Positions 38,184 through 47,275 of a stretch of 64,000 nt of DNA are shown one piece after another. The notes beneath the pieces were generated by a model. It saw nothing but the letters and a program-made list of their open reading frames with translations. It had not been told where the DNA came from and searched no databases. Numbering within the stretch: the stretch's first letter is position 1; the number at the start of each line of letters is the position of its first letter. Origin of the DNA: an uncultured Acidimicrobiales bacterium (GTDB lineage: Bacteria > Actinomycetota > Acidimicrobiia > Acidimicrobiales > Bin134); the NCBI GenBank assembly GCA_951813555.1, contig OX638344.1:3657990-3721989 (forward strand). Direction: 5' to 3'. A program made the translations under genes and the position numbers.

Positions 38184-38432
38184 TCAGTGTCGTCCGTCCT
38201 TGGGTGGGTATGGGTCGTGCCCTGCGGCAACGGTATCGCTGTCCCGGATGCGACCGTCAGGCCTGTGGATGACGACCTCCCCGCCGCCTAAGTTGCCAAC
38301 GATCTGCTTGGCTCGCTTTTCGGCTTCTGCCTGCGTTTTAGCATGTACGGACGCCCGCTGGGAGTTCGGAGCCTTGACATCCCAGCCTCCCTCGGGGTTG
38401 GGCACAACATGGCGATTGTTGCTGTTGGGCAT
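38184..38432 (-). CDS. DUF2188 family protein
   Basis: RHVVPNPEGGWDVK, TQAEA, VIHRPDGRIRDSDT; GGAGG RBS. Confidence 0.9.
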   Translation of the reverse strand: MPNSNNRHVVPNPEGGWDVKAPNSQRASVHAKTQAEAEKRAKQIVGNLGGGEVVIHRPDGRIRDSDTVAAGHDPYPPKDGRH

Positions 38433-38582
38433 CTCTTGCCTCCTCTTCTAGACGGGTACTACAGGTCTGCCCCTATGGGCAGGCCTCAACGCATTGTTGC
38501 CAAGTTACAGGCGCGTCATTTTAGTTGCAATATGGTTTTCGGGCCTGTGCCTTTAAGGCCCGCTGCCGGAGGGAGATCCCTC

Positions 38583-39242
38583 CTAGGTCGAATCCTCCGT
38601 GGGGCGCTCGACCGCTTCCAGTAAGCGGTACATGCCGGACGAGGGGTTGTCGTTCGGGAACTTGGTGCCATCGCGTTTGTGCTTTGTGGTCAGCAATCGA
38701 GCACGGCGTGCTGCTTCATCGCGTCGAGACATGTACTTGTAGCCATCCACGCCCTTATTTTGGCTACCGTCGAGGGTTCGGCGCAGGCCATCAGCAGCCT
38801 TGCTGGCGATTGGAGCAGTCTGGTCCTGGAAGTGCAGAGCTAGCCACAATTCAAAACAAGGATTCGACACCGCCACTTGGACACTTCGGTCTCTGGCTAG
38901 GGCGACGGCTTTCTTGAGGTTGGGGTGGTTCTGGGGTTGCTCCACGTCGAAGATGCACCAGACCTCGTCGATTTCCCCGTCCTCGCCATTCGCGCGTTCT
39001 CGGGCTTCAGCGGCCGCTGTGACCAGGGTCAACGGGGCATACCCATGGGTGTCTTCGTCAATCTGGATGTCAACTGAAGCCACCTCGCGAACAGCAGGCT
39101 CGCTTTTCAACGCCTTCAGGTAGTCGACCTCGGTCCTCGCACCTTCGCAATACACGAGGACCGTGCGCCTGGGAGAGCGAGTGGCGACTTTGCGGCGAAG
39201 CGACCTGTCCTTGCCTTTCTCGCCTCGTGATGATCGAGCCAT
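38583..39242 (-). CDS. rloB: RloB family protein (AbiLii-like, TOPRIM-related)
   Basis: VYCEGARTEVDYL, EVWCIFDVE, SNPCFELWLALHF, NPSS. Confidence 0.9.
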   Translation of the reverse strand: MARSSRGEKGKDRSLRRKVATRSPRRTVLVYCEGARTEVDYLKALKSEPAVREVASVDIQIDEDTHGYAPLTLVTAAAEARERANGEDGEIDEVWCIFDVEQPQNHPNLKKAVALARDRSVQVAVSNPCFELWLALHFQDQTAPIASKAADGLRRTLDGSQNKGVDGYKYMSRRDEAARRARLLTTKHKRDGTKFPNDNPSSGMYRLLEAVERPTEDST

Positions 39243-40510
39243 CAGGTTGCTTGTCCGGCAAGGCCGAGAGCTCGACGCACGTCGATGTGGTCGATTTCGG
39301 GAACTGCACCAAACCGACCTTGTAGGTAGGCCCGCTCAAGATTCAGCGACCTTCTGACTTTGTCCCCGCCGAACTCTGCAAGGGCTACGAGGCGAGTGGC
39401 GCCGTCGGGCCCCTTCTCGGTGAACCACACCTCATCGCGATTGAGGGTGCTGAGCAATGATGTGTCGTGGGTGGCAAGGATGATTTGGGCTCTGTTGGGG
39501 TTGGTCTGGGGGTCTTGGAACATCTCTATGAGCCGGGCGGAGAGTCGGGGGTGCAGGCTCGCGTCGGCCTCGTCGAACAACAGGACCTGACCTAGCCTCA
39601 GAGCATCGAATACTGGGCCCAACAGCCCAAACAACATGCGAGTCCCTGCGGATTCATCGCTGAGCCTGAACAGGGCCGGCGCGCTTCCACTGCCATGTAC
39701 GAGCAGGATCTGTTGGTTGGATGCACCCGTGATCCGGTCTTCGAATTCCTTGATCTCGAAATCAACGATCCCTGGGTCGGCCAGACGCAAGAAGCTCAAG
39801 AGAGCCGCATCACCTTTGAGCGACCCGTCAGAAATTCGATCACGAACGCCCTTGTCCTCGAAAAGCGAGTGGGTATCCGAACTACGAACAACGAACTGCA
39901 GGGGCGGCCTCCCCCAGGACCTTCTGACCCCCTGGGCGTTGACCTCGGATATTCCAGAAATGGCGCGAGCAACGGTCTGGATGTCGGGGTCGCCGACGCG
40001 CTTCGCCGCAGACAGGAGCAGCGTCGTGGGAGTAAGCAGTTCCTTGGTAGCACTCGTGCCACCGAGCCCTCGGCGGAAATGCACCTCATGTCCCTCGCGC
40101 TCGAAGAGGATGCGCCGCCTGCGCTCGGGATAGCTGCAAAGGCTCTCGTGCAACACCTCTAGATCGTTAACTTCGAGCTGATACCCGTGGCGGACGCCTT
40201 CAACCTCTATGTCCAGGTCGAACCTGGTGGGCCGATCGTCACCGTCATTGAAACGATGGGGATCTCGGGCAATGAAGTCGCCTCCTCCCAAAAGGGAGGT
40301 CCCGACGGCGTACGACAGCCAGTTGATCGCATCGAGCACGTTGGACTTGCCGGACGCATTGGGGCCGTAAATGCCGGCGACCGTCAGGACTCGCTCCGAC
40401 AGCCCTTCGATGTCGCGTGCCGCTTTGCGATCCTCGTCGACAGCGATCATCGACAGCTCCACGGGATCGAGGATGGAACGGTGATTAGAGACCTCGAACC
40501 GGAGCAACAT
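39242..40510 (-). CDS. AAA_21-type ABC ATPase (RloA/AbiLi-like)
   Basis: NHRSI, GPNASGKSN, ESAGT, LFDEADASLHP, ATHD, YLQGRFGAVP. Confidence 0.9.
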   Translation of the reverse strand: MLLRFEVSNHRSILDPVELSMIAVDEDRKAARDIEGLSERVLTVAGIYGPNASGKSNVLDAINWLSYAVGTSLLGGGDFIARDPHRFNDGDDRPTRFDLDIEVEGVRHGYQLEVNDLEVLHESLCSYPERRRRILFEREGHEVHFRRGLGGTSATKELLTPTTLLLSAAKRVGDPDIQTVARAISGISEVNAQGVRRSWGRPPLQFVVRSSDTHSLFEDKGVRDRISDGSLKGDAALLSFLRLADPGIVDFEIKEFEDRITGASNQQILLVHGSGSAPALFRLSDESAGTRMLFGLLGPVFDALRLGQVLLFDEADASLHPRLSARLIEMFQDPQTNPNRAQIILATHDTSLLSTLNRDEVWFTEKGPDGATRLVALAEFGGDKVRRSLNLERAYLQGRFGAVPEIDHIDVRRALGLAGQAT

Positions 40511-40523
40511 CGGTATTCCTTCC

Positions 40524-40568
40524 TAGCAAGTTAATGACATTCTAATCGCCATAATCGTTATCTTGCTA
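40524..40568. promoter_or_regulatory. Inverted repeat (candidate operator) upstream of the ATPase
   Basis: TAGCAAGTTAATGA-N17-TCGTTATCTTGCTA; arms match at 12/14. Confidence 0.5.
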
Positions 40569-40692
40569 CGAAATTTGCATTTAGCTTGCTGCTGTCGTCA
40601 CTCTTGACCATTCACGCCATTGGAGATGAGCCCAACCTAAAGGCAGCATCGACAAGATGAGACGAGAGGCTGCGCAGCCAGAGGGAAGGCGA

Positions 40693-41055
40693 CTACGGCG
40701 AGCTGTCGCTACCCATGGGGCGGACTTCGTTGGCCAGCACGAGTAGGCAGTCGTGGTCTTGAAGCTTCCGGCGCAGGGCAGAGAGGTTCTTCAGAACCCG
40801 CTGCTTGGCTTCGATGGGGTTATCGGCTTCGACTGCCACGAGGGCCACGCCTGCTTGTTGGGCGGTATCTCGCAGGTCTGCTTGTTGGAGTGAGTCCCGA
40901 CCCCAGAGGATCACACCACGACATCCTCTCTCCCCTGACGCGCGGACCAGATCAGCGTCTGACACGTCAGGGCCATCCCAGCGGTCAAACGCCACCTCAG
41001 CCGGGGCTTCAAGAGCGAGGTTGTGGGGCAGAACGGCGTCGTAGAGGAATCTCAT
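40693..41055 (-). CDS. PIN-like protein (VapC45/DUF5615 type)
   Basis: MRFLYD..LP, SDADLV, VILWGRD; follows a DUF433 gene by 2 bp. Confidence 0.7.
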   Translation of the reverse strand: MRFLYDAVLPHNLALEAPAEVAFDRWDGPDVSDADLVRASGERGCRGVILWGRDSLQQADLRDTAQQAGVALVAVEADNPIEAKQRVLKNLSALRRKLQDHDCLLVLANEVRPMGSDSSP

Positions 41056-41057
41056 GG

Positions 41058-42503
41058 TCAGAAAGCACTCAATAGCTGCTTGCCGACCGACACCGTGTCT
41101 TCGAACGACTTGCCCTCCAACTCGGGATAGGCCGCTTCAATGACCTCTCTCCGACAGAGGGTGTCGACGCTTGCCAAGGCCTTGGCGCTGATCCGGTGGC
41201 CGTCAATATGCGGGGTTCCGTTGAGGACTGTTGGATGCAACTTCGTATTGGTGCTGGCTTGCAGCAGGTCGAGTGTGGTGCCGGCGCCGTAATCGAAAGG
41301 ACGGAATACGTCGTCGATATCCGTGATCGGGAGACCCAAGGCTCTCTGTCCGCTCTCCACATCAGCCCAACCGTCTCCCCTGTTCACGAGCACCCTTCCC
41401 TCAGAGGTTGCACCCAGCCGAACGGCCCGAGAATCGCCCGCGAACCGAGCAAGCGCCCCAACCACACTGCTGGAAACCCGGCGCGGCGATCTTGACCTCA
41501 GATACATCCAGGTTCTAACAGCCACTACGTCTCGGAATGTCCAGAGCAATACACCCGAATCGCGCGGGTGGAGAACCCCGCGCTTGCGCAGATTGTTGAG
41601 CGACGATGTCGTCGCCCCCGCCAAGAACGCCGCATCCCTGGTGGGATACGCCCCAGCGGTGAAAACATCCGGTGACCAAAGGGCGTACTCCGCCTCAGGG
41701 CCGAGCGCCGCGAGACGAAGCCTCTCGGTGCCCGTCAACGCTGCATTGACTTTCTGCAACAACCCATTGATTTCCCATTCGGTCGTAGGCATAGGCTCGA
41801 CGAGAATTTGGCGTTCGGGAAACCCTGGGAAGCTGCTCAAGACCCGGCTCCGGGTCGTGGGCTGACAGACGAGCACCGTTTGAGCACCGAACCAGAACGG
41901 CATCTCCACATCGGGTGGCAGCCGGCGCACCGATGCCCCCACCCTGTCGGCACGAATGGCGAAGTGGAGGACTGCATCGGCGGGAAAACCCCAGTCCAGC
42001 ACAACCACCGGAGCCTGCGCGAACGGCAAGGGCTCCGTGCGAGCACCGGGCCAGCGCTGCCAATACAGGCGCTTCTCGTCCTCTGTCTCCGGTACAGCAC
42101 TGCGATCCAGCCTTATGCTGCCGGCCCGGTCGTCACCCACCGCATCGGCAACACGCCGCCGAACCGAGTTGTCTACCGCGGGATGCCCGCACAGCATCGC
42201 CGCTGCCAGCCTCAGGTCGCGGTCATCGATCGCTAGCGCGATCTCAGCCAGTTCTCCGGCGGCTTCGAAGAAATCGAAGCGGGCAACCAGATGAGCCGCA
42301 AACCGCAGTCTCTCGGGGTCCGTCCTCAACATCGGAAGCACTTTGCCAATCACTCGTGGCAAACATTCAGCCTGCTCAGCGGTCAGGTGCTCAGCCAGGT
42401 CGCCCATCGTGACCGACATAGAGCGCGAACGAGAGTCGGTGTTTCCCAAGATGTGCAAAACCGCGCTGTACAAGCCAGGCGACGGCTGCTCTACGGTCGC
42501 CAT
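41058..42503 (-). CDS. HTH + DUF433 (VapB45-like) protein with about 280-aa unknown N-terminal extension
   Basis: GAYPTRDAAFLAG, WTFRDVVAVR, HPTVLNGTPHIDGHRI, IEAAYPEL. Confidence 0.75.
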   Translation of the reverse strand: MATVEQPSPGLYSAVLHILGNTDSRSRSMSVTMGDLAEHLTAEQAECLPRVIGKVLPMLRTDPERLRFAAHLVARFDFFEAAGELAEIALAIDDRDLRLAAAMLCGHPAVDNSVRRRVADAVGDDRAGSIRLDRSAVPETEDEKRLYWQRWPGARTEPLPFAQAPVVVLDWGFPADAVLHFAIRADRVGASVRRLPPDVEMPFWFGAQTVLVCQPTTRSRVLSSFPGFPERQILVEPMPTTEWEINGLLQKVNAALTGTERLRLAALGPEAEYALWSPDVFTAGAYPTRDAAFLAGATTSSLNNLRKRGVLHPRDSGVLLWTFRDVVAVRTWMYLRSRSPRRVSSSVVGALARFAGDSRAVRLGATSEGRVLVNRGDGWADVESGQRALGLPITDIDDVFRPFDYGAGTTLDLLQASTNTKLHPTVLNGTPHIDGHRISAKALASVDTLCRREVIEAAYPELEGKSFEDTVSVGKQLLSAF

Positions 42504-43129
42504 TGGATGCCTCCGAGAGCAGCGCGGGGGATGTCTTGGTCAATCCGCTCATCGGGCACATCTCCCGACACCCACTGCACAAGCCGGGAGGGCACGGCAT
42601 CAACTCCGCGGGGCTCGCGCACCATCACGCCAGCAGACTTCAGCTTCGCTACAGGGAGCACGAATACGAGATAGGGGGGTTCATGGCCGGTTAGCCGCAA
42701 CCGTGACTTCAAGCTCCGACCGCTTAGATCAGCGATGTGCCCAGCGGGCACCAACCAGGAATGGGCAGCCGGTACTAGATCACATGTTGATAGATCTCGG
42801 AGCGCAGCAGCCGCAGGATCAGCCTCACGTTGCAGCCAACGGAGGTACTCCTCTGCGGTCGGAAAGTCAGCGCGGCGCTCAGAGGTCAAGTTGTATTCCC
42901 AGAACACATCGATCGGCACGCAGCGTGCGTAATCGCAGGCCGGCGAGTGACAGGGCAGGTCGGGCAGGATCTGCCGGCGCAGCTCCTCCAGCTCATCGCA
43001 GACGAGTCCGGGCTTCGTGGCAGCGAGTGACTCGAGCCCCGCGGCACGGCGGCGCGCATACCTGGGCAACTCCGAATCGCTGGTCACGATCCTGATGAGC
43101 TCGCGTGCCTGAGTCACGGCATCCAACAC
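42491..43129 (-). CDS. Hypothetical protein, possibly ADP-ribosyltransferase-like fold
   Basis: 212-aa ORF overlapping the next gene by 13 bp; YAR..., HSW, LKSRLRL, REPRGVDA..W...PDE pattern. The fold call is speculative. Confidence 0.6.
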   Translation of the reverse strand: MLDAVTQARELIRIVTSDSELPRYARRRAAGLESLAATKPGLVCDELEELRRQILPDLPCHSPACDYARCVPIDVFWEYNLTSERRADFPTAEEYLRWLQREADPAAAALRDLSTCDLVPAAHSWLVPAGHIADLSGRSLKSRLRLTGHEPPYLVFVLPVAKLKSAGVMVREPRGVDAVPSRLVQWVSGDVPDERIDQDIPRAALGGIQWRP

Positions 43130-43554
43130 CCTCCCAGTATCGCAGAAGGCTCAATCTGCCAGGCAAGGGGTTGGCATCAGTCGGGCTGAGCAGAAGCACG
43201 CCGCCTGGCGACGGGCCTGCCGAGGTGATCGTCTGGGCCAACCACAAAGTCGACTCCGACCAAGCAGACACCGACAGCGATGCCGATAATGAGCCCCTCG
43301 AGGGATTCCAAGCCGTCTACTACCAGCGGCTCATCCGGTAGTTGTGCTGTTCTGTGTCTGAGTTCGTGTCCGATTTTGGGTGGTTGGTTGCACAGCGTTG
43401 GGGTGGGATCGCCCTCGAGAAGTAGCTGGCATCACCAGATCGCCCCCGGCATAATTGCCGTGCCCACCCGGTGCTCACCTAGGGAGCCAAAGCTTACCTA
43501 GGGTGTGCCGGGTCTTTCTTTTTTTGGCACCCCAAAACACTGGCTAGTTGCTTC

Positions 43555-46500
43555 TTAACAGGGATCTCGAGCGTCCTTGAGGAGGACGGCGACGTTGAGG
43601 GGCAGGCCGGTTTGGGCGAAGTGGGGGGTGTAGTCGAAGAAGGGGTCTCGGAGGTAACGCACGGAGGGAGGCTGGGCGAGGTCGTCGGGGACGGAGACGA
43701 TGGCGAGGCGCCAGCGGTAGGGGAGGGACTTGGCCTTGCTGATTTGCTGAGCGCTGATGTGGATTTCGGTGGTGCGGGGGAGGTGGCCCTTGACCTCGAT
43801 GAAGTAGTGAGTACCGGTTTCGGGGTCGATGGAGAGCACGTCGTAGCCGGGGTTGCTGTGGGACTGGGCCTCGGGGATGCGGCCGAGGGCTCGCTCGGCT
43901 TGGAGTACGGCAGCGACGGCTCGGCGGTCGGTCTCCATCTTGTCGGCGGTTTCTGCGGGATCGGGCGGTGTGCCGGAGAGCTGATCGATCAATCCTTGGG
44001 GCACGACAATTGCCGTTCCGACGATGGTGGGAGGGCTGTTGTGGAGGTCGTCTTCTCGGTCCAGCTCCAGGCGGCGTCGGGTCAGGCGGGCAGCTAGATC
44101 GTCGGCCCTGGCGCGGGCACGGCCCGAGTTGAGGCGGGGTTTTTTGGCCGGCGAGCTCCTGTTTCTTCAACTCCTCGGCTCGTTGGTCCCAATAGCGGAT
44201 TTCGGCTTCCAAGCGTTCCCGTACTGCCTCCTTGACCTTCGCGACTCGAGCTTCAATGACACGCTCGATCTCCTCGAAGTGCGGCTGAGAGAGGTGTTCT
44301 ATGGCTCAGCTCTTGGCCGTCTCTTCAGCGGTGTGGTCGGCCCAGTCCAAGTCGAGTTGGCCTTCGAGTAGCGCTCGGTCTTCCTCGTTCAACGGGGCAT
44401 AGCCGATGTAGGGCTCGTTCCCAGCGCTCTTGGCGTTGCCCTGTTGGTCGATCTCCACGTACTGGAACCGCCGGGACACCACCTGGCGATGGCCGTGGAC
44501 TTGTCGGCCGTCGGTGACGGAATGATCTAGATAGACCAGAAGGCGGGGATCGGCAGAGCGGTCTTCGGGATCAACCAGGGTTGCTCCCCGGACCAGCGTG
44601 TGCTCATGATCGGCGAGCACCTTGTTGATGACTGCGGTGAGAAGCGGCGTGCCCGGTGAGATCAGCTCGGCCCGGTCACCTCCGTCGATTTGGATGCAGG
44701 CTTTGTCGAAGGTCACCCGCTCGTAGCGGTCGTGCACCGGGCCGAGTGCTGAGTCGGCATGCGAGCGGATCGCCGCCGGGATTCGGGTGATCTCGTAGCG
44801 GCCTCGTTCCCGTCCGGTGATGCGGCCCCCGTGCTGGCGAAGGGCCTCGGAGAAGAAGGCATGCACGAACCACGGTTGCAGCTTGCGGGCCCGGGCCCGC
44901 TCCATGTCCTCTCGGATCTTGTCGTTGGCCGCGGGGTCGGCAAGACCACCGACCAGGGCCCGCTCTTTCAGCACACCCTCGAGCTGTTTGCCGATGTCGC
45001 CCTCGATCACCTCCTGCATGTATTCGTGGTGGGCAGGATCGTCGTCGGCGGTGATGGCCTGGATCAGCAGCTGCTGGAGGGATGTGTTTATGTGGGAGTC
45101 GCCGAGCACGTCATACACCTGATCGCCGTAGACGCCCCGCTGCTGCTCGATCTTCTCGAACAGCCGAGTGAACACCACGCCCTCCCTGGTCTCGTGGGCG
45201 ACCAGGTTCCACAGATGGCAGGGTCGCTGCTGGCCGATGCGATGGATGCGCCCGAAACGCTGCTCAATGCGGTTCGGGTTCCACGGCAAGTCGTAGTTGA
45301 CCATCATGTTGGCCACTTGGAGGTTGACGCCCTCGCCGGCCGCGTCGGTGGCCACCAGCACCCTCACCGTGGGGTCCACGCGGAACCGGTCTTGGATGGC
45401 CCGCCGGTCGTGGCGCTTGATACCGCCGTGGATCACCACCACCGCCTCGGGGCGGCCCAGCTCGGCGGTGATCCGCTCGGCCACATAGTCCAGCGTGTCT
45501 TTGTGCTCGGAGAACACGATCAGCTTCCGGGGACCCAATGGCGCGCCGTTGGCGTCAGGACTCTCGCCCCTCCCTGTCCGGAACTGTTCCGACCGCAGGA
45601 GGTCTCGCAGCTCGGTCCATTTGGTGTCGATGCCGCGGTTGCGGACGGCCTCGGCCAGCCCAACCAGATCCTCTAGCTCGACCACCTCGGCTTCGATCTC
45701 TTCGGCGGTAGCTGAAGCGGTGGCTGCATCGATGACATGGGCCTCAAGCTGCTCTAACTCCGCATCGTCGAAGTTGTCGAAGTCGAAGTCCTCCAGGTCG
45801 GCGAACCGCACTCCCTTCGGCAGTTCGGTCACCGGCACGGGCCTGCCGCCTGCGGTCAGGCGGCGCAACTCGGCGGCCTGATCGTCCAGCCGGTCCCGCC
45901 GACGGCGCAGTGAGTGGTGGATGGCCGCTGGTGAAGATCCCAGGCGACGCTGGAGAGCGGCGAGGGCGAAGCCGAAGATGATCCCCCGTCTCCGGTCCCC
46001 TTCCTCCTGCATTCGGCTGGCCCAGTCCATGCCGTTTCGCACATATTCGGTGACGGCCTCGTACAGCTCGGCCTCGGGCGCCGACAGTTCGAAGTTGAGG
46101 CTGTGGGCGAACCGCTGGGGGAACAAGCGCCGACCTTCGAAGGTGCGCAGGTTCTCTTTCACCCTTCGGCGCATCACATCGTCGGTGTCGGGCATCTCGT
46201 CGTCGCGCAGCCGCCCGGCGAATCGCTCGGGGTCGATGAGGGTCATGAAAGCGAGGAAGTCCTCGTTCTTGCCGTTGTGGGGGGTGGCCGACAGCAGCAG
46301 GAAGTGACGGGTGCGGTCACGCAGCACCTCGCCCAGCTCGAAACGCCTGGTTTTGCGCAGCTTGTCGCCGTAGAGGTGGGCCGACATCTTGTGGGCCTCA
46401 TCGACGATCACCAAGTCCCAGTCGGCCACCTTCAGCTTCTCGATCAGGTCTTCGGCCCGAGACAGCTGATCGACCCGGGCCACCAGCAGGTTCTTCTCCA

Positions 46501-47092
46501 GGAACGGGTTGCCGGTGCGCGACGCCTCCACTGCCGAGCGGGACATCAACTCAAAGCTGAGGCCGAACTTGTCCCACAGCTCGTCCTGCCACTACTCCAC
46601 CAGGCTGCCGGGGGCAACGATGAGGCAGCGGGCCACATCTCCTCGCAGCATGAGCTCGCGGATCAGCAGCCCCGACATGATGGTCTTGCCCGCACCGGGG
46701 TCGTCGGCCAGCAAGAATTTGAGGGGGCGCTGCTCCAAGAACCGGTTGTAGACGGCGTCGATCTGGTGGGGGTAGGGCTCGATGTTGGAGGTGTCCACCG
46801 CGGCGTAAGGGTCGGCCAGGTGCGCCGACTGCATGCGGCGGGCCTCCGAGGCCAGGCGGAACGCGGCCCCGTCGGCGTCGAAACTCCACCGCTGCTCAGA
46901 CACCTCTTGAATTCCAGCGAGGTCGTCCAACGAGATGATGCGATCTCCGAGGCTGCCGCTGGCCGATCGGTAGGTGAGGGTGGCCGATCCGGTGCCGTGA
47001 ACTTCCAGGGCAACCATCGTCACGTCGCCGTCGGCCACTACCCCTGACAGCCGCTTGCCGGCGACGAGGTCGGCGAACTTCAGGGCGGTCAT
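43555..47092 (-). pseudogene. SNF2-family helicase with C-terminal DUF3883 (NOV) domain, disrupted
   Basis: LLADDPGAGKT, DEAH, SATPH, EQRFGRIHRIGQ, GYDV..FIEVKG. In-frame stops at 46592-46594 and 44306-44308; frameshift near 44140-44147. Confidence 0.92.
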
Positions 47093-47117
47093 CCGGGCCA
47101 CGCTACCCTGCGGCTAT
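47088..47117 (+). repeat. 30-bp direct repeat, left boundary of the TIR-STAND/GT-B cassette
   Basis: GTCATCCGGGCCACGCTACCCTGCGGCTAT; 28/30 identical to 51515-51544; contains the helicase start codon and its -10 (TAGCGT, minus strand). Confidence 0.9.
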
Positions 47118-47275
47118 AGCGAAGAGGCTGGATGGCAAAGCAGCTTGAACGGGGCTCGGCCTAGCTTGCGACTCGGCGTTACGGCAAGTGCGCAGGATGT
47201 GTGCAGCTTGCGAGCCATCCGGTCGGTCAAATACCTCCGCTACAGATGCCAAAGCTGAGGGCTAGCGTGTGGAGC

